From Haliotis cracherodii (taxonomy: Eukaryota): a stretch of DNA of 64,000 nt. Below the pieces are notes generated by a model, which saw only the letters and a list, made by a program, of their open reading frames with translations, made no database searches and had not been told where the DNA came from. The stretch covers positions 5,208,001-5,272,000 of the forward strand of contig NW_027266265.1 of assembly GCF_022045235.1 (NCBI RefSeq), given 5' to 3'. The position numbers were made by a program, and so were the translations under genes. Shown piece by piece: positions 26,845-40,200 of the stretch; positions within the stretch are counted from its first letter, which is position 1, and the number at the start of each line of letters is the position of its first letter.

Positions 26845-27037
26845 CTAACTGATTGAAACCCATGGGCACATGCAGTACTGACAGACCAAGGATGTGGGAT
26901 TTGAACCCATGACCAGTGACTCCAGGCCAAACAAAGGAAAACAATTCTGCACAGCAGATAAAGATCCTTCAAACACACCTAGAACACAACTACAACAGAA
27001 CAACTCGACACAGCCCTAACATCTTTGAGCTAACATG

Positions 27038-27200
27038 GGTGAGTGAGTGGTATGGTTTTACGCTTTTAGCAATATTCCAGCAATATCACGGCAGGGGACA
27101 CCAGAAATGGGCTTCACACATTGTACCCATGTCGGGAATCGAACCCGGGTCTTCGGCGCGACGAGCGAACGCTTTAACCACTAGGCTACCCGACCGCCCC
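27038..27200 (-). mobile_element. SINE family A copy
   Basis: TSD TTGAGCTAACATG on both sides. Confidence 0.92.
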
Positions 27201-27646
27201 TTGAGCTAACATGAACTGATAGCTGTAACAACTGCGGCCAGATATTAGACTCCTGGAACTGTATATATGGCGGTCCATATTTTTTTCTGTGTTTCCAATC
27301 TCCCCCCGCCCTGAATTTTCACCACAAAATTAAATAATAAAAAGGTTATCTTATTTTAATTTTTCCCTTTGCTGTGACAATTTATGCCACAATGAGATAA
27401 AAAAAATACTCCAACCATTGCACATTCCTATCAAACCCAGGTCAGCTTGATCTTTCTTCAGCCATGTTTATTGAAACGTTGTTTCCGAAGCAAAGCAATT
27501 CGATCTACATCTTAATATAATTCAAACACTATTACCAAGTCTTCTCAACTTTAAAATTTCATAAAATGAGTTACACACTTCGAGGAAAACAGTTTTGGTT
27601 TTTTAAATTCATTTTTTTCGGCCACCCCCTCTCTTTCTGGTTGAGG

Positions 27647-27917
27647 GGGCACGGGTGGCCCAGTCGTCTTAGGGGCCGCGATTCACTGTGCAGAGTTGCG
27701 TCCTTTGGGCATGCCAGAAACCTATGATTGTGGGTTTGAATCCCGATTATGTTTCCAGGTTTGTCAGCACCATACACATGCTCGTGGGTTTCACCGAAGT
27801 GGTAAACGTCTGAGACCTGCATCACTTAGGGCTTTCCTCCCACATTAAGCTGACACCCCATGATATACCTGGAATACTGTTAAAAGTGGCGTAAAACCCA
27901 ACTCACTCACTCACCCA
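27647..27917 (+). mobile_element. SINE family D (tRNA-like head with widely spaced A and B boxes; (ACTC)n tail)
   Basis: GGTGGCCCAGTCGTCT...GTGGGTTTGAATCCC; TSD CTTTCTGGTTGAGG. Other copies: 6825-7046(-, TSD AACTTTAACAGGA), 49977-50164(-), 58310-58552(-); degenerate copies at ~26240, ~32800, ~44630, ~63795. Confidence 0.85.
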
Positions 27918-28460
27918 CTTTCTGGTTGAGGTTTGGGATGTGAAACGCACAAAAATTTGGGCGGCCTAAGCAAGGTCGCCATGACCATAGACCAATATGG
28001 TCCATGATTCATCATCATCAAGAATGAAGTTATCAAGATTTGGTTGGCAATGTGCTGTACCTTCCTTTTCTGACCAAGTCATAATACATCATGCAGAGTT
28101 CAGTAGGTTATCAGTCCTAATTTGAAAGCCTTAAGAAACACTTTGAGCTGACACATGCCTCGTTTACTTAACACTGCTGGGGAGGTGTCCACCGTGCTGG
28201 CAGGTAGTGCAAAAACTCCCCCAATAAGAGATAAACATACTGTGTTTTCAGTGTAGAACTAGGACGCCTGTAGATTTAACCATGCTAAGCTGAACTGGTA
28301 CCGAACACATATTCGAACACATGCAACCTCTTTGGTGCTAGGGGAGATATTCAGTCAAGCAACATGGGAACAATGAGTTGTCTGAAGGAAACACTGATAA
28401 CAGCCTTAAAACATCTCGCACCAACATATGCTCAAATAATTGTTTCCGATAAGCAGTATA

Positions 28461-29003
28461 CAGTAGAACACGGATATAACGAACACGGATATAGCGAACA
28501 AACGGATTCAACGAACTGTTAAAAAATCCCCGATTTATCTCCTATATAATATCATAGAAAATTTACGTATATAACAAACTCTCTACAGCGAACTATTAGA
28601 TACAGCGAACTGATATCTGATCACCGACAAGCCCATCTATCACTAATTATGGACGTGTATAGCGAACTGCAAATTCTCATTCAGTGTCAAGTGTCACTAA
28701 CAATTGGCTGTACGCAATCAGCAGCGAATCAACACAATTGCGGTGAATAAATACAATCAGCGGGGATGGATCAACCTTGTTAAATTTACATTGTGTTAAT
28801 CTTACCTGTACATGTAATCTTGTCTGTAAAACAAACATTAAACATATAAACTGCTAATACAAATCAATGCTGCAATTACGTGTATTGTGTTTTGTCTTAT
28901 CCAAGATGGCGGACGTTTCCGAGCGAAAACGTGTATAACGAACAATGGATATAACGAATGGATTCTCTGGTCCCTTGTAGTTTGTTAAATCCGTGTTCTA
29001 CTG
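28461..29003. mobile_element. MITE, Tc1/mariner-pogo type
   Basis: TA|CAGTAGAACACGGATATAACGAAC ... GTTTGTTAAATCCGTGTTCTACTG|TA. Confidence 0.88.
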
Positions 29004-31424
29004 TACTTTATTTGCATGAATGACAAGCGCTTTGTAATTCATGCTCATTAAAATCAGAGCTGTTACCCCCATCAACTACCTCTCTGCGTGGAAGATCACA
29101 CAACACACCCACAGCCAATCAGTGCAAAGGTAAACAAACAGTGGGCAAGTTGTGCAAGGTTTTGTTCTACACTGCTGTCCCCAGTATAAGGACTCGTCAC
29201 GCAAATGATATGACACAAAAGTCAGACACAGGAAAGCACCTAATTTCCGACTAAAGCTTAAAATACACTCTCCATTCTGCCCGAGCAAAAGGTACTGCCA
29301 CACACACTTATGAAATCTGCAGCCTGCATTCAATAACCAATAACTGTACATATCATTATTACAAAATCCCAAATGACAATGACTGGAAATAAAATCGTTT
29401 TGCATAAATATAGTTACTGTGATCAAAATCTCTGATTAACCAATCAGCAACAAGTATTCTCCATGGAAGAAACATCACAACATGGATAGTGTTATATGAT
29501 GCGAAAGTCATATCACGATCCCCTACATATGCAAATGAGGTCATATAGCAGGAACTACTTTTATTAAACTCTGCACATAGATGCATATACTATGAATATG
29601 TTTCTGCATAACTTTCAATAAAAATTAATCTAGGTTTCCCGATGTGTGCAAACAAACATGGCTGCCAGTCATTTGACACTATCTCATAAATTGGGCAGTT
29701 GATTAAGGCAATGTATTCCTACGCTATTTCTTAAGTTACTTTAGTGAATGAACATGTCTTAAAATTCAATTATTCTGAGAACGACATACAAGAAATAGAT
29801 TATTATCCTCGTGCGTTTCCATATCATAAGAATCATAAACCACATAATACAATTTGTATTCCTTATATATAATTACCATACGAAAAATAATAATCACCTT
29901 ATAATACCTATTTACATGTGTGTAACTAACACATAATCACTTATGTTTGGAAACTGCAGACAAAAGAAGTGGGTGACATTAATGACTTGAAACCATCGTT
30001 CTAGGCCTGAGCCTATCGTTTCTGCTTTAATAACATTTCAATACCAAATGTGAACAACAGTGCTATAGTTATATCTGGATATACAACCATAACATATGAT
30101 CATGAAAAATATTTTGTCTACCAATTCATACACACATAGCCTGAAGCCAACAGCGGCAGTGGGATAGTCTAGTGGTTAAAGCATTCGTACGTCACACTGA
30201 AGACCCGCGTTCGATTCCCCACATGGGTACAATGTGTGAAGACCATTTCTGGTGTCCCCCACCGTAGTAATGATAAAAGCGGTGTAAAACCAAACTCACT
30301 CACTCACTCATATTTGAACGACTCAGCTGATAAAATACCCACCTCCAAATAAGCTAGCATCTTCTCTTTACAAAGTCCTTACTTTCAGAGACAACAGTAA
30401 TCCCTGCCTGTACAGTCACAGTACTGTCTTCCTACAACTGATTCAGTGAAACACTGCCCCTGTCACCCAATGGCACAGGGCGCGGTGGGGGCCTCGAGGG
30501 ACCTAGTCTCGGCCAAGCCCCGTCAAGAGGACCAAGAATAGCAGATGCTCTTAGGCTGGCGACTGTTTGCCATAAACAACTCCAGGTGAAAGGGCAGTGT
30601 ACTGCCTCACATAACAGTTGACTGGAAAGCAGTATTTCATGGCTCTAGTTAACATGAAGCTTTGGGAATAATAGATACAGAATGAGGCAAAGCCCTAAGG
30701 CATGTAAGGAGAAGCTATTATTGTATCTATAGCATCACAGAATCACTAAATATACTTAAACTGAGCCAACAATAACAGGATCTGGAGGATTTCTTGTCAT
30801 CCTTCAGTTTTCCACTGCAACCATGGTAATTATGGTCAATATTGCAGCAATCAACACTCACACAATCTTTGTATTTTTCACACAAATCCTTGGTTTGGAT
30901 TCATCCCTTGGTAATGGTAACAATCCAAGTATGCTGGTCAATCAATAAATTGCAAGTGATTCCAGGGCATCTTATTGGACAACCATGCAATTTGTTTGGC
31001 GTTGTTTCCATCAACCAAAAGAAACATTAGGCCACACCCACTTATGGACTGCCATTTTTAGATTGGTTGATAATAGTGAGTGAGTAGCTGTGAAAATGTT
31101 ATGGTTGACTTATTAATTTATGAGAAAATACTTGAAATGTTTTTGTGTTTATGGGACCACTGATGACGCTCACCATATTCTGAAGACACCTTCAAGAAAA
31201 CCAAATAACGTCCATTTATTGATGCAAAGTTTTTTGAGGATATTTGAAAATCATGTACCCTCCTTACTTCAGTGGCTGGATTGAAAACTGATACAAAGCT
31301 CCTTCAGAAGACATCTTCATTCACTGGATCCAAGTACAAGGAACTCCAACAAATAGTCATTGCAGGCAAATCGGAAATGGCATTATTTTCTCCAAAGGTG
31401 AGCCAACTCTTGTAATCCAAAAAG

Positions 31425-31674
31425 NNNNNNNNNNNNNNNNNNNNNNNNNNNNNNNNNNNNNNNNNNNNNNNNNNNNNNNNNNNNNNNNNNNNNNNNNNNN
31501 NNNNNNNNNNNNNNNNNNNNNNNNNNNNNNNNNNNNNNNNNNNNNNNNNNNNNNNNNNNNNNNNNNNNNNNNNNNNNNNNNNNNNNNNNNNNNNNNNNNN
31601 NNNNNNNNNNNNNNNNNNNNNNNNNNNNNNNNNNNNNNNNNNNNNNNNNNNNNNNNNNNNNNNNNNNNNNNNNN
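31425..31674. other. Assembly gap (250 N)
   Basis: Run of N. Confidence 1.
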
Positions 31675-32171
31675 GTTAATCCTTCACCCACCACATATAA
31701 TTTGGTACCATCCTCACACTCTTCAGTCTTGCTTGATAACAACATGGGCAGATCCAGCTTTCTTAAAAGGGAGGGGTCCAAAATATCAAACTTATCTCCC
31801 AGTCAATTTTACTGCCTACAACATACTACATTTGATCCAACTATTCAGTTTTGCTTGACAACAGTATAAGGGCCTATACACAAAACATTTCCATAATAGT
31901 ACAATAGAGAAGTTGTCATCCATAGATTGTGTCTACTCTGTCATTCGTCAACTTCTAAGAAATGTCTATCAAAAGTTTTCCTATGAAATACAACCTGGTT
32001 GAAACAAAGTAGTCACAACGAAATCGTGAGAGTACTGATGTTACCTTGAAGTAATTAGGATTGAGTAGTGGGGTTTCATTGCTGATGTTGTGACTCCCAA
32101 ACAAGCAGATCAAATAACGAGTGAGTGAATGAACATATGTCTTAAACTTCAATTGTTCTGAGAACGACATA

Positions 32172-32346
32172 CAGTAAACTACTGTTATAATGAACTCTAA
32201 GGGACCACTAATTTTAGTTCGTTATAACCGTAGTTCGTTTTAAGCATATATACAGCATAACGACTGCAAATTTTGGGGACAAAAAAGTAGGTACGTTATA
32301 TCCGTCAGTTCGTTATAAGCGTGTTCATTATTAATGTAGTTTACTG
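32172..32346. mobile_element. MITE, Tc1/mariner-pogo type
   Basis: TA|CAGTAAACTAC ... GTAGTTTACTG|TA. The empty paralogous site is at 29787-29788. Confidence 0.9.
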
Positions 32347-33852
32347 TACGAGAAATAGATTATTACCCTTGTGTATTCCCATATCGTAAAAATCATACAC
32401 TAAGATGGCTCACATAACACAATTTTTCTTCCTTATATCTGATAATAACCATACGAGGGAAAAAAATTGGCTCATATTACGAGAGTGTACATCCTACTCG
32501 TACATGAGTATAACTAACACAGAATCACTAACATATCGAAACAGCAGATAAACAAAGTGGGTGACATTAATGACTTGAAATCATCTTTCAAGGCTGTGCT
32601 TCAGTTACATCTGGATACACAAACATAAGATTTGATCATAAAAACATTTTTTTCTACCACTTTATACACAAAGCTTGAAGCCAAAATAAAAGTTTATGAT
32701 CCAACTGTCATTTAAGTTTTCATATTAGAGACCATCCTTTCCAGCTTTAATGACATTTCAATTCCAAATGTGACCTTCACTGCTTCAGATCCAATAATGA
32801 GTGAGTGATGTGGGTTTAATGCTGCTTGAAACAGTATTTCAGGTATTGTCACAACGTGTCAGCTCAATGTGTGAGGAAATCCTGAAGTGATGCGTGTCTT
32901 AGAGTGAGTGAGTTGTATTTCACACCTTTTTCCGCATTACTCCACCAATATCACGGTGAGGGACACCAGATACGGGTTTCATACATTGAACGCATGTGGG
33001 GAATCGAACCTAGGTATTCAGCTTTACGAGTGAACCCCTTAACCACTTGGCTAACCCCCACCCCCCTTCATGTATCAGAAGTTCGTTTGTTTGTTCTTTA
33101 ACACCGCACTCAGCAATATTCCAGCTATAAGATGGTGGTCTGTACATAATCGAGTCTGGACCACACAATCCAGTGATTGATATCAAGAGCATCGAGCCAT
33201 GCAATTGGAATACAACGACATGCCAACCCGATCCCGTTAGTCGCCTATTACAGCTAACATTGGTTCCTGGAAGACCTTTCCTAACCTGGATCTTCACATT
33301 GATGAAACCCAGAACCCGAGAATGGTGCTGAAAAACCAAGGCTCACAAGAAGGGTATATCTGGAACCTCAAGCATGAATGCTAAGACAATGGGATCTTGG
33401 TAAGTCTAATGGAAGCAACAGTGAGCTGTGAACAAGAATGCCCTGTATCGCCCTGGTAGCCAGGGAATAAATCCAATCTTGTTAAAGGTTTCCAACAAAT
33501 GTAACATTCCTAGTGTTGTATCTTCTTAACAACCTCTTAACACTAAAGGTGCAGGCAGAGAATTTGATCACCCATCCTGAAATAAAAGCTAAGACAGTAC
33601 CTAAGACAGGAATGAGCAAATGTCATTTTACGCCACACTCCAATATTCAAGCTATATGACAATAGCTGGGCTGGACCAGATATTGTCCTCATAGGTCTGT
33701 TCTTAGAAATATTCTAGCAATATTGGCTTTACACATTGTGCTCATGAGGGGATTCAAACCTAGGTCTTTGGCATGTCAAGTGAACGCCTTAACCACTCGT
33801 CAATCCCACTTGTCTAAGATGTGAAGTCGTATTATATAATAAAACTACCTAC

Positions 33853-34319
33853 CACAGTGACTCCATCATTGAGAAGGGACTCCCCGAACACGATGATGTA
33901 CAGCATCTCGTTGACATGAATCTCCTCGAACACTGCCAGCACCGCTACCGGATCTACGGCAGAGATCAGTGCACTGAACACGAAACAGTGGAGCATGCTG
34001 ATTGGCCGCTTGATCCACCCAGCCGCGGAACACCCCCACAATGCAACACCAATGCCCACGGTGTTCCACAGGGTGTTGACGATGGCCAAAAGGAGGATGG
34101 TGCCAAGGTTGTTGAAGAAGGCCCTGTTTGGCATGTGGTAGCCTGCATCGTAGATTATCGGAGGCAGGATGAAGAGGAAGAATGTGTTGGCGTTGAGGAC
34201 GTACTGCGAGGTGGATGCTGCGTGGCTGTAATGGAGGGTCACGCCGACACAGATGCCAAGGGTAATGAGAAGACAGCTCTCAGGAAACAGTGAGGACAGA
34301 CGGTCGTACAGGTGGAACC
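33853..34319 (-). CDS. SLC9A3-like: NHE coding exon 2
   Basis: Acceptor ttctag|GG. Encodes GFHLYDRLSSLFPESCLLI...FFLFILPPIIYDAGY...FFNNLGTILLLA...ISAVDPVAVLAVFEEIHVNEMLYIIVFGESLLNDGVTV, canonical CPA1 motifs. Donor GTAGGT; 467 nt, phase 1->0. Confidence 0.97.
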
Positions 34320-34561
34320 CTAGAAGAAAGGTACACACACATATACACACAATTAAGGGCAGATAACTCTCGGGCACAGGGAGGAAGGACAGATAACTCT
34401 CTTGGAACAGATAGCCACACAGTACATACATAACATTATCAGCAATCGTTTTTGTTCCCTTTATATGAAGTTGATTTAATTTATCACTGATTGAAGTTTC
34501 CAAACCACGGACTGATCATGGAAGAATATGGAAAATATCAGCTGTGAGATTTACTATTTTT

Positions 34562-34875
34562 ATATCATAGCTAAAATGGATAGAATTATCATTCAACCAT
34601 CCGCATGTTATCAGAAATCGGCGGGCCACTGTAACTTGATAATGCCCTCATATTGCTTGACGACGGGCCATTTATCATGCCCGTTGTTAGGTGATGTCAT
34701 AGGGTAGGATTAGTGACGTCACGTTTAATAGTGACGTCATCTGGTTTGTTCTATGACGTTTCCATATTTGTAAAAGTGGGTCAGTGACATTTGTTTTGAT
34801 TGCAGTAAATGTTTCAAAACCAATATTGTTGTTTCTTTTTATTTGATAACAAATTCCATCTATTTTAGCTATAAT
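34562..34875. mobile_element. Probable MITE
   Basis: Imperfect TIRs TATCATAGCTAAAATGGATAGAATT / AATTCCATCTATTTTAGCTATAATA; two TGACGTCA octamers inside. Confidence 0.6.
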
Positions 34876-35327
34876 AACAGATTTTAGCTTCTTGACAAAA
34901 TAGAAAGCATTACTTATTCACTACAGCTTTAAACACAAAGTGCTTCATGTCTTATACAAACAATGTTGAATTGCTAGGGTCCTTCAAGTGTATGGTAGAT
35001 GGTTGGGCGGGATTGTTCTTGAGTCTGTCTGATTAACTTGAGGTGACTGATAACTAACAAGATAAAGCTCACTGGCATTTGGCACAGACAGGGTTTTACT
35101 TTTACACCAACTTACAGATGGACAATCCATCAACAAGTTTTGTTTGTGTTGTGTTTAATGCTTAAAGCCACACGCATCAATATCCCACCTATGTCCATGA
35201 TGACAGCATGTAAATAATCAAGTCAGATTTCCCAGTGATTGATATTGTGAGCAACGATCCATGCTGCCAGGAAACGATGAAATGCCATCTACCAAGTCAC
35301 TGAGCCTGATACGTTCGTCGCCCCTTG

Positions 35328-35492
35328 TGAGTGAGTGAGTATGGTTTTACGCCACTTTTACCAATATTCCAGCAATATCACGGCGGGGGACACCAGAAAT
35401 GGGCTTCAAACATTGTACCCATGTCGGGAATCCAACCCGTGTCTTCGGCATGACGAGCAAACGCTTTAACCACTAGGCTACCCGACCGCCCC
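35328..35492 (-). mobile_element. SINE family A copy
   Basis: Full-length match to the family consensus. Confidence 0.9.
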
Positions 35493-35742
35493 TCGCCCCT
35501 TATGTTCCAGTGAACATTGGTTGCAGGGGGCCAATTCCAACCCAGTATCTCCACAGGGGAATCAACAGGTATTTCATGAGCATAACATGTTTTCAAGATA
35601 AATACTATTATGCCATCATGGCAAGATCTGTAAGCTTTAGCCTTGCTACTTGATGGGATAATTCACTTGGTCAATGATGGAGGAGTTCATTGAAATTTGT
35701 TTTGAAAGAAGTTATGCTGAATAAACAATGATCCAAATTAAT

Positions 35743-36011
35743 ATTGGTTTGTTTGTATGTTGTTGAACGCCACTCTCAGTAATATTCCATCTACATGATG
35801 GCAGTCTGTAAATAATCGAGTCTGGACCAGACAATCCAGTGACTGGCATCATGAGCATTGATCCACGCAATTGGAATACGACAACATGCATCAATCAAGT
35901 CAGCGAACCTGACCAGCCGATCCTATTAGTTGCCTCTTACGACAAGCAAAGTCACATTTAAGGCAAGCATGAGTTGCTGAAAACCTATTCTACCCCAGAT
36001 CTCCACGGGTC
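35743..36011 (-). mobile_element. Retroposon family B copy
   Basis: TSD TCCAAATTAAT (35732-35742 / 36012-36022); same 5' terminus, GACCCGTG. Confidence 0.88.
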
Positions 36012-37114
36012 TCCAAATTAATGAGAGTTTGACGCTTTCTATTTGAACCTGTTGTTATCAGTTTTACCAGTAGGGCCCTACTTCTGTTGACATTGACAAC
36101 AATAAAACTACTGATATGTTCGGAAAAAAAACAACCAAACACATCAGTGCCATGCCTGGGAAAGCATAGTGAATAATACATGGCACTGTACATCTTGGTA
36201 ATGTCAAAAGGTGTAAAACACATTCTGAATTCTATAACTATTACAACTAAAATATTAATCAATTTCGAGAGTACAAAAATGACATATTAATATCTGTTTT
36301 AATTTTTTGGCAAATATAAAACAACATCAATGAAACAAAATATTGTTATACGCCTGAATAATCAATATCATTTCAGATCATGTAAATATCATGAATATCA
36401 TATCACGGCTGCGGTTTAATGCACCACGGGGTCTGAGTAGGCCCTTCAGCTGTTTATCAAGAAGAATATTTGTATAAAATATACATTTGGTTAATGGAAT
36501 GTTAGATAATATTGGTCCACCTGATAATTTCATATAACCAAGTCACCGAGACTGACCTCCGGATCCATCAGGTTATATAATTGCCAAATATGACCGGCCT
36601 ATGTTGCTGGGGACGTATTCAGCCTGATATCCTCATATTAACATTTGTTATGCAGTATTTCATTGGAGGACAGTTCCTGTACATTTTATGGTTACCAGTG
36701 AATGCCGGAGCTGCGTGGGAGAGCTACGTTGAAAAAACCAATATGGCAGTTTCCATAGGCTATAATTATTGAACAACCTGTCCAAGAATGTGAATAGGCC
36801 TGTATGTCTGTTGTGTTATGACAAGAGTGATAGTGTTTAAGAAATGCATTATTCAATTCTGGAGTGAGTGAGTGGGTGGTAGGGTGGGTATTGAGTGAGT
36901 GAGTGAGTGAGTGAGTGAGTGAGTGCAATATTTCTGCAAAAGCTGATCATAGGAGAAACAGTCCACTCTGCTGGAGTCAGATGACAAGCAAGCAGACAAA
37001 TCACAGAGCCTAACCTTTCTAACCTTTCCTTGGTGTAAGGGATAGTGTCAATAATCATATCAAAACACAAAATAAATGGTCTTTCCTCTATTTCACTCAT
37101 TTGCATTATCCAAA

Positions 37115-40100
37115 GTGTGGTGTTGTGTGGCGTGGAGTGGCATGGAGCGGTGCGGTGTGGTGTGGTGTGTCATTCTCCAGTGTGGTGTGGTGTAGTTTAG
37201 TGTGATGTGTCATTCTCGAGTGTGTGTGTGGTGTGGTGTGTCATTTTCCAGGGTGGGTGTGGTGTTATTCTCCAGTGTGTGTGGTGTGGTGCGGTGTTTC
37301 ATTGTGTGGTGTGTCATTCTCCAGGGTGGGTGTGGTGTGGTGCGGAGTGTCATTCTCCAGTGTGTGTGTGGTGAGGTGTGTCATTCTCCAGGGTGGGTGT
37401 GGTGTGGTGTGGTGTGTCATTCTCCAGGGTGGGTGTGGTGGGGTATGGTGTGTCATTCTCCAGGGTGGGTGTGGTGTGGTGCGGTGTGTCATTCTCCAGG
37501 GTGGGTGTGGTGTGGTGTGTCATTCTCCAGGGTGGGTGTGGTGTGGTGTGGTGTGTCATTCTCCAGGGTGGGTGTGGTGTGGTGTGGTGTGTCATTCTCC
37601 AGGGTGGGTGTGGTGGGGTATGGTGTGTCATTCTCCAGGGTGGGTGTGGTGTGGTGCGGTGTGTCATTCTCCAGGGTGGGTGTGGTGCGGTGTGTCATTC
37701 TCCAGGGTGGGTGTGGTGTGGTGTGTCATTCTCCAGGGTGGGTGCAGAGTTTCATTCTCCTGTGTGGTGTGTGGTGCCTGGTGTTATTCTCCAGTGTGTG
37801 TGGTGTGGTGTGGTGTGTCATTCTCCAGGGTGGGTGTGGTGTGGTGTGGTGTGGTGTGGTGTGTCATTCTCCAGTGTGTGTGTGGTGTGGTGTGTCATTC
37901 TCCAGTGTGTGTGGTGTGTTGTGTTGTGGTGTGTCATTCTGCAGGGTGGGTGCAGGGTTGTTTTTCATTCTCCAGCATGTGTGGTGTGGTGTGGTGTGTC
38001 ATTCTCCAGTGTGTGTGTGGTGTGGTGCAGTGTGTCATTTTCCAGCGTGTGTGGTGTGGTGTGTTGTGAATGTGTTGTGTCATTCTCCAGTGTGGTGCGG
38101 GGTTGTTTTNNNNNNNNNNNNNNNNNNNNNNNNNNNNNNNNNNNNNNNNNNNNNNNNNNNNNNNNNNNNNNNNNNNNNNNNNNNNNNNNNNNNNNNNNNN
38201 NNNNNNNNNNNNNNNNNNNNNNNNNNNNNNNNNNNNNNNNNNGTGTGTGGTGTGGTGCGGTGTGTCATTTTCCAGCGTGTGTGGTGTGGTGTGGTGTGTT
38301 GTGTTGTGTCATTCTCCAGTGTGGTGTGTTGTGTCATTCTCCAGCTTGTGTGGTGTGTTGTGTTGTGGTGTGTCATTCTTCAGTGTGTGTGTGGTGTGGT
38401 GCGGTGCGGTGTGTCATTCTCCAGCGTGTGTGGTGTGTTGTGTCATTCTTCAGGGTGGGTGCAGGGTTGTTTTTCATTCTCCAGCGTGTGTGGTGTGGTG
38501 TGGTGTGTCATTCTCCAGGGTGGGTGTGTGGAGTGGTGCGGTNNNNNNNNNNNNNNNNNNNNNNNNNNNNNNNNNNNNNNNNNNNNNNNNNNNNNNNNNN
38601 NNNNNNNNNNNNNNNNNNNNNNNNNNNNNNNNNNNNNNNNNNNNNNNNNNNNNNNNNNNNNNNNNNNNNNNNNNNNNNNNNNNNNNNNNNNNNNNNNNNN
38701 NNNNNNNNNNNNGGGTGTGATATGTCATTCTCCAGTGTGTGTGTGTGTGGTGTGGTGTGTCATTCTCCAGTGGTGTGTGTGTGGTGTGGTGTTGTGTGTC
38801 ATTCTCCAGGGTGGGTGTGATGTGTCATTCTCCAGTGTGTGTGGGTGTGGTGTGGTGTGTCATTTTCCAGTGTGGTGTGTGTGTGGTGTGGTGTGTCATT
38901 CTCCAGTGTGGTGTGTGTGTGGTGTGGTGTGCTGTGGTGTGTCATTCTCTAGTGTGTGTGTGGTGTGGTGTGGTGTGTCATTCTCCAGGGTGGGTGTGGT
39001 GTGTTATTCTCCAGTGTGTGTGTGGTGTGGGGTGTGTCATTCTACAGGGTGGGTGTGGTGTGTCATTCTCCAGTGTGTGTGGTGTGGGGTGTGTCTTTCT
39101 CCAGGGTGGGTGTGGTGTGGTGTGGTGTGTCATTCTCCAGGGTGGGTGTGGTGTGTTATTCTCCAGTGTGTGTGTGGTGTGGGGTGTGTCTTTCTCCAGG
39201 GTGGGTGTGGTGTGGTGTGGTGTGGTGTGGTGTGTCATTCTCCAATGTGTGGTGTGTTGTGTTGTGAATGTGTTGTGTCATTCTCCAGGGTGGGTGGGGG
39301 GTTGTTTTTCATTCTCCAGCAATTGTGGTGTGGTGTGGTGTGGTGTTTCATTCGCTAGTGTTTTCCACAAAAGTAAGTATTCAAAGAACTATAGTGAAAC
39401 AGATTTGTAATGGTAATATGTAATGATAATTTTTATGAAAATATTTCACCTTTCTAAAAATGACACACCACCCTGGAGAATGACACACCACATCCACGCT
39501 GGAGAATGGCACACCACATCCACACTGGAGAATGGCACACCATACCACATCCACACTGGAGAATGGCACACCATACCACATCCACACTGGAGAATGGCAC
39601 ACCATACCACATCCACACTGGAGAATGGCACACCACATCCACACTGGAGAATGGCACACCATACCACATCCACACTGGAGAATGACACACCATACCACAT
39701 CCACACTGGAGAATGGCACACCACATCCACACTGGAGAATGGCACACCACATCCACACTGGAGAATGGCACACCACATCCACACTGGAGAATGGCACACC
39801 ATACCACATCCACACTGGAGAATGGCACACCATACCACATCCACACTGGAAAATGACACACCACATCCACACTGGAGAATGGCACACCATACCACATCCA
39901 CACTGGAGAATGACACACCACATCCACACTGGAGAATGGCACACCACATCCACCCTGGAGAATGACACACCATACCACATCCACATGTGTGTGTGGTGTG
40001 GTGCGGTGTGTCATTCTCCAGTGTGTGTGTTGTGTTGTGTTGTGGTGTGTTGTGATGTGGTGTGGTGTGGTGTGTTGTGTCATTCTCGAGGATGGGTGCG

Positions 40101-40200
40101 GGTTGTTTTTTCATTCTCCAGCGTGTGTGGTGTGGTGTGGTGTGATGTGATGTGGTGTGGTGTGGTGTGGTCTGATGTGGTGTGGTGTGGTGTGTCATTC
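37115..40200. repeat. GT-rich satellite (GTGTCATTCTCCAG core plus (GTGTG)n), with two gaps and an inverted block
   Basis: Core repeated throughout; opposite orientation at ~39456-39985; N runs at 38110-38242 and 38543-38712. Confidence 0.95.

Noticed and set aside
34320-34503. N-terminal extension of the 223-aa ORF as an independent start
   Set aside because: The ORF starts at a non-ATG codon, and a phase-compatible acceptor at 34319 joins exon 1, which supplies the conserved N-terminus.
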